From the NCBI RefSeq assembly GCF_902652985.1, contig NC_047015.1:28706001-28770000 (forward strand): 64,000 bases of DNA, written 5' to 3'. How positions within the stretch are numbered: position 1 is the first letter of the stretch; every line of letters begins with the position of its first letter. The DNA is from Pecten maximus (taxonomy: Eukaryota). Both the position numbers and the translations under genes were made by a program. The notes under the pieces were generated by a model. That model was not told the DNA's origin. It saw only the letters and a program-made list of their open reading frames with translations, and ran no database searches. Of this stretch, positions 1 to 13,900 are shown piece by piece.

Positions 1-344
1 AACATGCTCGTATTGAAAGTTAAAAGAACAAAGGGAAATTTATAGGCTGTCAATATGAGCTGGTATTCAAAGTTGAAAAGACAAAAGGGAATACAAATGA
101 ACATGGACAGTTGCTCAATACCAACTAGTATTGAAATGTAAAGTTAAGGACATTATCTATTTTGCATTGGAACAGAATGGACGAACGGACAACTGGTTAT
201 CTTGATATATAATCACAAACAGATGAAGTTGATCAAGGAAGGAACGCAGAACGTCTGGAGTATCACAGTTGGGTAGGCGGATGGATGTACAAAGCCTGGA
301 GTATCACAGATAACCAGAGTAGGTGGAGAGGCGCACAATGCATT

Positions 345-1065
345 AATTACACATAGTCGGGGTAGATAGAGAGATAAAGTCAGCAGCATCACAAACTGTT
401 AGTGTAGGTGAAGAGACAAAGTCTATAGCATCACAGACTGTTAGGGTAGGTGGGGGTCTAGCATCACAGACTGTTAGTGTAGGTGGAGAGACAAAGTCTA
501 GCATCACAGACTGTTGGGGTAGGTGGAGAGACAAAGTCTAGCATCACAAACTGTTAGGGTAGGTGAAGAGACAAAGTCTAGCATCACAGACTGTTAGGGT
601 AGGTGGAGAGACAAAGTCAAGCATCACAAACTGTTGGGGTAGGTGAAGAGACAAAGTATAGCGCATCACAGACTGTTGGGGTAGGTAGAGAGACAAAGTC
701 TATAGCATCACAGACTGTTAGGGTAGGTGAAGAGACAAAGTCTAGCATCACAGACTGTTAGGGTAGGTGGAGAGACAAAGTCTAGCATCACAGACTGTTA
801 GGGTAGGTGGAGAGACAAATTTTAGCATCACAGACTGTTGGGGTAGGTGAAGAGACAAAGTCGATAGCATCTCAGACTGTTAGGGTAGGTGAAGAGACAA
901 AGTCAGCAGCATCACAGACTGTTAGGGTAGGTGGAGAGACAAAGTCGATAGCATCACAAACTGTTAGGGTAGGTGGAGAGACAAAGTATATAGCATCACA
1001 GATTGTGAGTGTAGGTAGAGAGACAACGTCCGCAGCATTCCAAACTGTTGGGGTAGATGGAGAGC
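345..1065. repeat. 40-42 bp minisatellite (~17 copies)
   Basis: Unit AGCATCACAGACTGTTAGGGTAGGTGGAGAGACAAAGTCT(AT). Confidence 0.9.
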
Positions 1066-2203
1066 CTGTAATACACTAACAGATCAGTAAGTAAATATAC
1101 ACATAACTTGGGATATTAAACAGTCGTAGTAAGTAGAAAGACACACATAACAGCGCCATACACCAGTTTTGTCATTGAGGGACAAGTGACAATTTAAACT
1201 ATCTAAAAAGCCTCAGCAAATAAAAAGCAAATTGTATTAACTTCAATCCTGCTCCTCTACTGGTGCATGTCTAAAAGATGAAAGTAAATCGGTACAGTCC
1301 AATTACTGTTCCAATGAAATAGCCATTCAGACCAGAGACATGTAAAATTGTACACCAGTCACGCCCGACCGATCAAAGGCAGCCATTCTATCACTCTACA
1401 CAGGAAGCAGCCAAGTATGACACAAACATTAACAGACGGGTGTCTCCTTGGTGCATTTTATCATGCACATCACCATCAATCCAGTCAATAATGTGTTCAT
1501 AACTTACTTTTTTTCTCTCATTTACCAATCAATAAGGACGGTGTTTGTTTAAAGTGCACAAGTGAAACTAATCACAGATGAGGCCACAAAAGAAGTGTTA
1601 TCTTCGTATTTTTCCGACACATGTTTATAAAAATTTCTAGTCGGTAGAATTAGCAGTAATTGTTGTGATAACTAATCTCTGATGACAGCGACTCTACTGA
1701 TGTAACACTGGTTGAAATCAATTACCAGAGTTGGCTCCTGATATGTATCTGTGTAACTGGTCCCGACCCCAAGTCTACATCCTCCATCACGTGACCATCT
1801 GGAAGTCTGTCCCATTATATATATTTATATATATAGACGACTATTTTATATAATACCAAGGCATACTGCTAAATCGTATTATATACCCTTAAACGGGAAT
1901 AGAATAATGTATTAAAAATATTAAATCTCCAGTCAACAGTCAACAATAAATATGAGCCACTCTCAGAAAATTAAATGAGGAAATATATTAATTTTCAAAT
2001 GCAAATGTACTTTTGAGACTGTTCAGTATCAGATTGATTGTATTCGCTATTAGGATGCATCCTAAACGCTATGTAACTGCTGAATGATATTATTTATTGA
2101 ATGTATTTGTTTGCTAATTCCTAATCTGCGTTGAACATGCATTAACATCTGATTTCAAAAGTGAAGTGCAATAACAAGTGCAGTACAGTGCAGCAGTTAA
2201 TTG

Positions 2204-3445
2204 GACACTGTTGTATCATTAGACACTGTTGTATCATTAGACACTGCTGTATCATTATACATTGCTGTATCATAAGACACTGCTGTATCAGCAGACACTC
2301 CTGTACACTAGACACTCCTGTACCATTAGACACTTCTGTATCATTAGACGCTGCTGTATCATTAGACGCTGCTGTATCATTAGACACTGCTGTATCATTA
2401 GACACTTCATTAGACACTGCTGTATCATTAGACACTGTTGTATCATTAGACACTGCTGTATCATTAGACGCTGCTGTATCATTAGACACTGCTGTATCAT
2501 TAGACACTCCTGTATCATTAGACACTGCTGTATCGTTAGACACTGCTGTATCATTAGACACTGCTGTATCATCAGACACTTCATTAGACACTGCTGTATC
2601 ATTAGACACTGTTGTATCATTAGACACTCCTGTATCATTAGACACTGCTGTATCAGCAGACACTGCTGTATCATTAGACACTTCATTAGACACTGCTGTA
2701 TCATTAGACACTGTTGTATCATTAGACACTGCTGTATCATTAGACACTCTTGTATCATTAGACACTGCTGTATCATTAGAAGCTGCTGTATCATTAGACA
2801 CTGCTGTATCATTAGACGCTGCTGTATCATTAGACACTGCTGTATCATTAGACACTCCTGTATCATTATACACTGCTGTATCATTAGACACTGTTGTATC
2901 ATTAGACACGCCTGTATCATTAGACACTGCTGTATCATTAGACACTGCTGTATCATTAGACGCTTCATTAGACACTGCTGTATCATTAGACACTGCTGTA
3001 TCATTAGACACTGTTGTATCATTAGACACTGCTGTATCATTAGACACTGATGTATCACTAGACACTCCTGTATCATTAGACATTGTTGTATCATTAGACA
3101 TTGTTGTATCATTAGACACTGCTGTATCATTAGACACTGCTGTATCATTAGACATTGCTGTATCATTAGACACTGCTGTATCATCAGACACTGCTGTATC
3201 ATTAGACACTGCTGTATCATTAGACATTGTTGTATCATTAGACACTGCTGTATCATTAGACACTGCTGTATCATCAGACACTCCTGTATCATTAGCCACT
3301 GCTGTATCATTAGACACTTCATTAGACACTGCTGTATCATTAGACACTCCTGTATCAGTAGACACTCCTGTATCATTAGCCACTGCTGTATCATTAGACA
3401 CTGTTGTATCATTAGACACTGCTGTATCATTAGACACTGATGTAT
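2204..3445. repeat. 18-bp minisatellite (~70 copies)
   Basis: Unit TGTATCATTAGACACTGC with occasional 12-bp units. Confidence 0.95.
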
Positions 3446-4971
3446 CCATGTTAACACAACCGTACGCGGTACCGAAGACATCAGAGTACTCTTGGACCAA
3501 TGGTGTCATAGCTCAGCGGACCAAATACATCACAGTACGCGATGCCAATGACAGTCTGCTTTGGCCAAAGCATCATAAAACAGAGGAACAATGTCATTAT
3601 AGTGTCAAAGGGTTAATACCACGACAGGACGAGCGACCAGTGTAGTACGCTGGACCGATGGCATCACATGACGCTGGGCCAATGGAAATACAGCAATTCA
3701 AAATTAGCACAGTATCCTGTTACCAAAGTTAACATAGTACAATTACCACCAACGTGTTCTAAGATTAGGGTACAAAGATAGACATATATTTTACATTAGC
3801 TGATCTTATCTGGTATATCCATATCTGCCACTCACAGTACGAATTAAATACATCTTATAATGAAAAGTGAAACTTAAAAAGGATACTTAAGGTGAAACAC
3901 AATAAATACGTCATACCTTAGATAGGATCTTTATCCTTTTAGCCTAACAACTCATTTTCTGTGATTCTTAATTTAACTCGAGATGTAAACCTTACATAAA
4001 ACCAGAAGTCTCGATATTGTCACGCAATCTCAAAAGCACATTTAAGTACTCTTAAGAAACTAACATATATCTGCAATGACAGCGTTACAAACGTGGGTGG
4101 ACGTACTACTTAAACAATGCGAGATCAAACTCTCATTGCTTTCTCACAAAAGTATCCGTTACTTGTGATCAGCAATCTCCGATTAGTGACTGAAGTATTA
4201 CCTAACTGAAATATTTCATTATGCAATCTTGACATTTGAATCAGTTTCAAACATAGATTTCCCGAACGACTGTTATCGAAATCTAACAGACAAGCATGTC
4301 CTATTTAGATGATAGAATCATTATTTCTCCGTCAGCAAGTAAAGCTATCACCCCAAGCAGTCTGTAATACAGCCATGTACCGATCCTATGTTAGGACGTA
4401 AATTGTAATTAGCCTTACTCCAGTAAGTCTTGGCGATATTTTTGTTCACAGTGATGACATTTTCTACTGTAAGTGATGACAGTTGGAGTGATAATAATTT
4501 CCAGTTCTTTTAGTTCTAATGACACATTTTCCAGTCGTTGTAATACCATGTCGTGCCTTCCAGGGCTTCTGACGACATTTTCCTATTTTCGTGAATACAG
4601 CGTTTTTTTCTTTATCAGATATTTTGTTATCATAGCGATAATACTTCCTGATTCTATTGAAAATATATTCCAGTTCGTCTGTTCTAGTGATGGCATTACC
4701 TAGTCCTAGTTATAGTAGTTTCTGCTATTATTACAATCACTGCAATACTTTCTAGTTTTTATTACTATTAATTTCTAGTTTCGGTGCCAACAATACCTAT
4801 CCACAAGATTAATTGTAACACCAAAACAAATGTAAACTCACTATCAACTGAAAATGATGACACGTCCTAGTCCATGGTAACATATAGAGTATTTCGACAC
4901 TGTTGTTCCCAAGATGAATCGCAATAACAATCCGTCGAGACAACAAAGCTTGCAAGTGTTCATGGTATCGA

Positions 4972-7900
4972 CTAACAACCTGTGTGGAATGTATAGACCA
5001 GTATCCTAGTGACCTGGGATCCAATGGACACCACCAGGGTCTGTGAGTTGGCAGAAAAACACATGTTCACTATCTCGAAGCTGGCCCTTGTGTTAAACAC
5101 TTCCTTCCCTGTGGAGGCTTCCCAAATCTTGATTGTGTTGTTACGACATGCAGTGGCCACCCACTTACTGTCTGGTGAAAATACTGCCAATATCACCTAC
5201 AAAATATACAGGCAAATTATCAAGTGAATATTAGATCTTAAGATCATTGCAACAATAACCCCTTTTAAATTCATTGATGCAAGAAAAAAAACCATTCCTT
5301 TAAATAAATCAAGAAATTCGCCACAAAAACTGGATATATTGTGTGCAGTAAAACTATTGACATGTACATTCATATTTACCGTTGCAGAGTGTTTAGATGA
5401 TGGAACTATATTCTGTACAGGTAAGCCCGAGTCAGTGTTATAGACAAACACGTAGCCGTCCTCTGATCCAAGTGCAGTATACTTCCCATTACTACTTTGA
5501 GTAATGGCCAGAGTAGTGCCTTTGCACGCCTGACCTAGCCAGTCTGGCCGGTACATCATCCCCTTCTTTTCCACTTTGCTCACTTTTTGGTCACACTTGC
5601 CCGTTGGAATGTCCCAGTGCAAAACCCAACGCCTGGTGGTAATCAACATAACATTTCCATGGAATGGGATGATGACCTCTCCAAGGTGAGGTATCTTGGA
5701 CATAATCCTCAAGCAGTGCATCAGTCCTCCCGTTGCCTGAGTAAGGTCAGCTGCACTGAAACGGTAGGGGTGGGGCTGTGGAAAGAACGACCCTTGCTTC
5801 TTCCAGGATGCTTCTATCTCTTTAAAATCCGTCTCCGTCACTTTGGTGCGTAACAAGATAAATCTACTGTTTGCACTAAGGCTAATGTCAATACTTTCAT
5901 ATTCAGGAACACCTTTTAGATAAAAGGTTTTCTTTGACTGTCCAACTGTAAGGTCCATGACGTCAACCATGAGTCCCTTCTCTTTCTTACAGATGATACA
6001 CATGAGTGAACGGTCTTTGCTAACAGTGAAATCCAATGCACCTTTGGGAAGATCACATTCAACGGCACTTTCACCATTTTCTAACTGGAATATTTTGATT
6101 TTTCTAGCAGTTCTATCTAGAGCCACGCAGCTTTCTTTGGATATCACCTTAATCTTGTCCCCTATAATGCCGATATCAAAATTTAGAGTCAACGATATGT
6201 CAGAAAGTGACCAAAGACTGACCATATTGTCCCGTGAAGCAGTCACAAGCTGCAGACTGTCCAGGGTGATATCAAAACTGGCAACTTGCGTCTGGCCCAA
6301 GAGACCAACAGAGTTTGTTTCACTGCTCTTGGTTTGGGGTTGTGTGATATTCTGTGTAAGGGCTGATATGGACCAGATCTTCATGTCTTTATTGATTCCA
6401 AGGGAAATGACATAATCATCTGCACCCACTAATCGCTGCATGCTGCTTTCGTGAGCCGGGAATGTACCGCAGTGATTGTTTGTGCGTGTGTTGTATAACA
6501 CAATCTGACCCTGGGAGTCCCCCAGCATAGCTAATCGATGTGACCAGTTGACGTACAGACAGGACACAGGGTTATTAGTAGACAGATCATTAAGGACCGT
6601 CCCTTCTTTCCAGTTCACTAGGCTGACCACGCCCTGTTTAGATAGGACCGCAGCAAGTCGCCGTTTCCTAGCAACGGACATTTGAATCATGACATCAGGT
6701 AAAGGCATCTGACTAATTTTGTCGAGCTCTTCCAGCTCAATAGCCACTAGCGTACATGATGTTTCAGTGTTGCACAGTCCAACTAGAAAGTCCTCTGATG
6801 ATCCCAAGCGCACTAGCCCACTTGAGAACGACGCTGGTATTTCAATACGTGCATCCTTGTTTTCGTCCAAAGGCTGGAAAAATTGTACAAATCCTTTAGT
6901 AATTTTGTTTTCATCTTCGTCTCCGCATTTTCCTGTGACAATGACAGCGGGACTGTCCCAGCCGGTACACATCAATTCGCCAACATCATCTGCGTCCTCG
7001 GACAAAGTCATCAGTCTCACTAACTTCATGGAACTGAGGTCGATCACCAGGACATTACTATCATCAAACAGTAGAGCCACGTACGAGGAATCCGTGTCAA
7101 AGGCCCACATAACAGGACTGATATCTGCAGACACTTCCGGACACACCTCAGACAAGTTCTTGCTGATAGTAACTTTCTTGAAGAGGCTAATTGTGTTGAT
7201 CGTTCTCTTGTTGAGATAAAATATTTTCTTACTGGCTCGATCAAGCCTTGGTAGCAGTCCATTCATGTAGGTATCAGGTAGACTGACCTGTTGTTGTTCT
7301 TCGGTGACGGTATTGTATACTGCATGCAGATCTCCGCTCTCCTCGTCCGTTTCTTTCCCGCATAATCGCAACAAGACAGACTCTCCACCAACCGACAGGA
7401 CCTTTTCAGCACCCTGGATGGAATCCTTCATGGCACTTGAAGAGTTGGTGCCAGGAGCCATACAGGCATATTTCGGAATCAGCAAAGTTTTATTTTGAGA
7501 TTGTAAGTATTCTAAAGCCGTATTCAACAATCTTTCTAAGTTGTTTTCCCCTTCTGTTATTGGAATTTTGGCAAGCAGACCGACAGCAAATTTTTCTGCA
7601 TTACCAAGGTCCTCTGTTTTGCATACAGAAAAGAAGTATCTGAGTTTCTGGACCTCTGTATCCTCTGTTCTATCTACAAAATCAGCGAGGTCCTCTTGTA
7701 GAGCTGTCAGCGGAAAGGCGGAAATTTTGGCTTTCAGGAAATGAAAATTGCAGAAGCACTTTTCCTTGGCTTGATCTGATGAAATCGTTTCTTTAGCATT
7801 ATTAATGTAGAAAGGTAGACAGGAAAGCATCCTCATGTTCTTGCTAACCATAGCCTGTGGTGTGATTTGTCGGTCAGCATTTTCTATGGTTGTTTTCCTC

Positions 7901-10900
7901 CACTGAAGCTGAATGCTGCGTTTACTGAATCGGACATGAAGATTTCGGAGAAATTCCTATGGAGTTTCTGACCAGCCTTTCCCTGTGTGTAAAGCGTACG
8001 TGCAGCTTCTATAAACTGTCTGTGGTACCAGTTCAATGTGTACTTATTGTGAGTCCGCCTCTCAACAAGATATTCATTGAGATCGTAGCGGAGACGAGCC
8101 CAAAGGACTGGCGGTATGCGAACAATACCTTCTACGGGTGGGTCATGGTAACGGTATACGTCGTTGAGAGCTTCGTCATCACAGGAGAGGACGTCTTCAA
8201 TCTCTGTTTCCGAAGCACCGTTCATGGCAATAGTGATGTAACCAAGTGCATGGTTTGTTATCACCTCGCCAAATTTTGTCTCCAAGGTCTGAAATAACTG
8301 TTTGATAGCACTCCTAACTGCATCAGCCAGTACATTTTCATGTTCAGGTGTGTAGGATCTCCATCTGACTGCTTCATCCAACAACAATTTGAGATAAAGC
8401 GGCCCTGGCGCTTGAGTAAAATAGGACATAAGGACCTTCAGCTGGTTGTCTGTCACAGTTCGCTTCCTCTGACTTAGGTATTTGTTGACGATCTCCTTGC
8501 CTGTTGTCACAGAGAGTGTAGAAACTGCGATATAATTATCGTCAATTGGGAGCATGTCTTTCAGGTTATCAAGGATACCATGTTCTTCTGGCAATGTGGA
8601 CACAATCAGTTTGATATTGGATGGCAGTATCGTAGGTAACCATGCCAATGAGTGGGCATCATGGTTGGCTGTCAGCTGGTCTAAAGAATCGAGGAGGATG
8701 ACGACTGGGGATTTAATGGCACTGGCCACCCGCCGGAAAAGCCTTGGCACATACTCGAGCAAATTTTTCATGTTCTTATAGGACACTGGTTCCATGATGA
8801 TCTCAGCAATGTCCGCGAGTTGTCCACATACACCAAACAAAACATCATAAATGTTGGTGCTTAGAGGGCTTGTACCAAGGAAGCGGATGACTGCAACATG
8901 ATTCTTTTTCTTAAACCAGGATGACAGATTTTTCATGATCATAGCCATGATGGATGTCTTTCCTGCCCCTGATGGAGCATGTAGAACAAGGGGCTTGCGT
9001 GATGTGTCAGTGAGGATGTAGGACTTTACACTATCAAGAACATCAGCCTGTCCACAGAACGTTTCACACTTGGTGTTACAGAACTGGAGATGGTGAATCA
9101 GTTCAGCGTAATCTGTGTACCATCCTGAAAATCGTATTTTTGGTAGGTAGTCCGCCATCCCATCCTTGATCAAACCTTTCATGTCAGATTGAAAGTCATT
9201 ACAGAAAGATTCAATGTACTTTCCATGGGGAACATTTGCGTTTGGATCGACACCTCCAGACATCCATGGGATTTCATAATCATGACAGTTTGATCCTTTC
9301 AATTTCTTCTTAATTTTGCTTAAAAGTTGATTCCGCAAACTTTCTATTTCCGTGTCAACTTCAAGCTGAAAAATAAATTAATGAATGACACATTTGCTAT
9401 CATAGTGTAAATACACTGGAAAAATCTAAAACATGCAGACATACAATACAAAAACTACTAAGTGATAATTACAATACCACAACTCCATACTGATGATAAA
9501 AACTACCAATACTCATAACCGATAATATACACTACCACAACTCCTTACTGATAATATACACTACCAAAACTCCATATTGATGATAACAAGAGGCCCAATG
9601 GGCCTGTATCGCTCACCTGGCTCTGCAACAACTTTGAGGTTGATTGAAGTCATTTCTACAGATACCATGATGATTACCCCTTTATTCAAATATCAGAGTA
9701 GGCTAGGTTTATACATATCAATAAATTTTCTAGTCCTTCATTCCAGCATACCATTGGCCTAATATCAGGTCTCGGAAACTCTTGGCTATCGCAAAATTAT
9801 TGTGTACAGATTTAAGCCGATTTCACCACTGTTACCTTGAATGTAGGTAAAGGTCATTCATTTGAACAAACTTTGTAGCCCTTCACACAAGGATGCTACA
9901 TGCCTAATATCAAGTCCCTGGCCCTCTTGGTTATTGAGAAGAAGTTGTTTGAAGATTAGAGCCTATTTGACCCATGTGAACTTGAATGAAGGTCAAGGTC
10001 ATTTTTTTTATTAAACTTGGTAGCCGCTCACCCCAGCATGCTACAGGCCCAATATCAAGTCCCTGGGCCTCTCACTTATTGAGAAGAAGTTGTTTAAATG
10101 AAAACGGATGGACGGCCGGATGCCGCACCACGGCATCAGCCCACTTGCCCCTCAGGCAGGTTAGCTAAAAAGAACAACAACTCATAACCGATCAAATACA
10201 CTACAATAACTCCTTACTGATAATATACACTACCACAACTCTTTACTGATAATATACACTACCACAACCCCTTACTGATAATATACACTACCACATCTCC
10301 TTACTGATGATTTACACTACCACAACTCCTTACTGATGATATACACTACCACAACTCCTTACTGATGATATACACTACCACAACTCCTTACTGATAATAT
10401 ACACTACCACAACTCCTTACTGTTAATATACACTACCACAACTCCTCACTGATGATATACACTACCACAACTCCTTACTGATGATATACACTACCACAAC
10501 TCCTTACTCACAATATACACTACCACAACTCCTTACTGTTAATATACACTACCACAACTCCTTACTGTTAATATACAATACCACAACTCCTTACTGATGA
10601 TATACACTACCACAACTCCTTACTGATGATATACACTACCACAACTCCTTACTGATGATATACACTACCACAACTCCTTACCTATAATATACACTACCAC
10701 AACTCCTTACTGATGATATACACTACCACAACTCCTTACTGATGATATACACTACCACAACTCCTTACTGATGATATACACTACCACAACTCCTTACTGT
10801 TAATATACACTACCACAACTCCTAACTGTTAATATACACCACCACAACTCCTTACTGTTAATATACACTACCACAACTCCTTACTGATGATATACACTAC

Positions 10901-13900
10901 CACAACTCCTTACTCACAATATACACTACCACAACTCCTTACTCACAATATACACTACCACAACTCCTTACTGATAATATACACCACCACAACTCCTTAC
11001 TGATGATATACACTACCACAACTCCTTACTGATGATATACACTACCACAACTCCTTACTGATGATATACACTACCACAACTCCTTACTGTTAATATACAC
11101 TACCACAACTCCTTACTCACAATATACACTACCACAACTCCTTACTCACAATATACACCACCACAACTCCTTACTGATGATATACACTACCACAACTCCT
11201 TACTGTTAATATACACTACCACAACTCCTTACTGTTAATATACACCACCACAACTCCTTACTGATAATATACATCACCACAACTCCTTACTGATAATATA
11301 CACTACCACAACTCCTTACTCACAATATACACTACCACAACTCCTTACTGTTAATATACACCATCACAACTCCTTACTGTTAATATACACTACCACAACT
11401 CCTTACTGTTAATATACACTACCACAACTCCTTATTGATGATATACACTACCACAACTCCTTACTCACAATATACACTACCACAACTCCTTATTGATAAT
11501 ATACACTACCACAACTCCTTACTGATAATATACACTACCACAACTCCTTACTGATAATATACACCACCACAACTCCTTACTGATGATATACACTACCACA
11601 ACTCCTTACTGATGATATACACTACCACAACTCCTTACTGATAATATACACTACCACAACTCCTTACTGATAATATACACTACCACAACTCCTTACTGAT
11701 GATATACACTACCACAACTCCTTACTGATGATATACACTACCACAACTCCTTACTGATAATATACATTACCACAACTCCTTACCTATAATATACACTACC
11801 ACAACTCCTTACTGATAATATACACTACCACAACTCCTTACTGATAATATACACTACCACAACTCCTTACCTATAATATACACTACCACAACTCCTTACC
11901 TATAATATACACTACCACAACTCCTTACCTATAATATACACTACCACAACTCCTTACTGATAATATACACCACCACAACTCCTTACTGATGATATACACT
12001 ACCACAACTCCTTACTGATGATATACACTACCACAACTCCTTACTGATGATATACACTACCACAACTCCTTACTGATAATATACACTACCACAACTCCTT
12101 ACTGATAATATACACTACCACAACTCCTTACCGTTAATATACACTACCACAACTCCTTACTGATAATATACACTACCACAACTCCTTACTGATGATATAC
12201 ACTACCATAACTCCTTACTGATAATATACACTACCACAACTCCTTACTGATAATATACACTACCACAACTCCTTACTGATGATATACACTACCACAACTC
12301 CTTACTGATAATATACACTACCACAACTCCTTACTGATAATATACACTACCACAACTCCTTACCGTTAATATACACTACCACAACTCCTTACTGATAATA
12401 TACACTACCACAACTCCTTACTGATAATATACACTACCACAACTCCTTACTGTTAATATACACTACCACAACTCCTTACTGTTAATATACACTACCACAA
12501 CTCCTTACTGATGATATACACTACCACAACTCCTCACTGATGATATACACTACCACAACTCCTTACTGATGATATACACTACCACAACTCCTTACTGATA
12601 ATATACACCACCACAACTCCTTACTCACAATATAGACTACCACAACTCCTTACTGTTAATATACACCACCACAACTCCTTACTGATGATATACACTACCA
12701 CAACTCCTTACTGATGATATACACTACCACAACTCCTTACTGATAATATACACCACCACAACTCCTTACTCACAATATAGACTACCACAACTCCTTACTG
12801 TTAATATACACCACCACAACTCCTTACTGTTAATATACACTACCACAATCTTTACTGATAAATACCTGACTGTTAAGATACACTACAAGAACTTATCAAA
12901 CATCACAGGATAAAGGGCTAGTCAGTTCCTTTGTTAATAGTTTATATATCAGAATAGAGTGAGAATGAGTAATTGTGTACACACGTTAGAGTTGCTTCCC
13001 TTGGACAAACAACTGATAGTGCAAAGGTACATAACTCACACAAACCTCGCCATTGTTGTCTTTGATCTCAATGTATCTTTTGATATCCTTGTCAGACAAA
13101 GACTCATTGTTGAGTCCAGTAAAGGTTCGGGAGTAAACCATAGTGTGGGCAACTGGATCTTTGGCATCTAGTAAGCCTTTCTTTATCTCTGTCTCTGTCA
13201 CTGAAATAAATACCAACATAAATGTCTTAATTGATATTGATTGCAGCATAAATTTTTTACTTTCCTTTTTTACATCTGAATTAAATTTCAATCTCCCAGA
13301 AGTACAGAACATCAACTATTTCTTTTCGATGAATGTGATGGTTCCATTAGTGATTCCATCTGTTCTGGTGTCAGCTTACCTATACCTGATATATACCTGT
13401 ATTAGAATTAATTACCTGTTGTTTCATTCTTTTTTATTCAAAATTTTTTAAAAAGTCAGTGTTTTGAAGCTGAAATACTCAAAATAATGTTCTTACATAG
13501 CACTGATTACTAATACATGTACATACACATGTAAGTTTTTATGAGTTTTCTTTTACTTGGCTGTCATGTCTGCAATGGACCCATGATAGTAGTCTTTAAA
13601 ACTCACAATCAGTAAGGAGATGTCAGAGAACAAATTTCCCTGAAATTGATCTTAAATTATTTCATTTTTTTTAGAAAAAATTAACAAGTTAAATGTCTAC
13701 AAAAGCACACAAGTTTGTGGCAGACTAAATAGGTCTAAAAATTAGAACATTTACTGAAAGCATAAAAAACTTTCATTTGCCATTAGGGAGTTATTACCTC
13801 TGAGAACACCCATAAGAATGTATGTAGGGCATTGTTTTCATTAAATCTGAAATTGTACTGCATGTTATCATGCAGAAATTATATGTTAAAATGGAAATTC

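Noticed and set aside
345-1065. TTAGGG in many units, suggesting telomeric sequence
   Set aside because: One hexamer per 40-42 bp unit, never tandem; the ORFs at 343-534 and 807-1079 are repeat artefacts.
2142-3645. Four long overlapping ORFs (SNDTAV, SLDTAV, IIRHCC and CLMIQQ repeats), one with an N-D-T sequon in most units
   Set aside because: They arise from an 18-bp unit lacking stops in several frames. Variation is not synonymous-biased, and there is no signal peptide or clear splice context.
5587-8781. Plus-strand ORFs over the NWD large exons (also 32582-36308)
   Set aside because: Antisense shadows of real coding sequence with no recognisable motifs.
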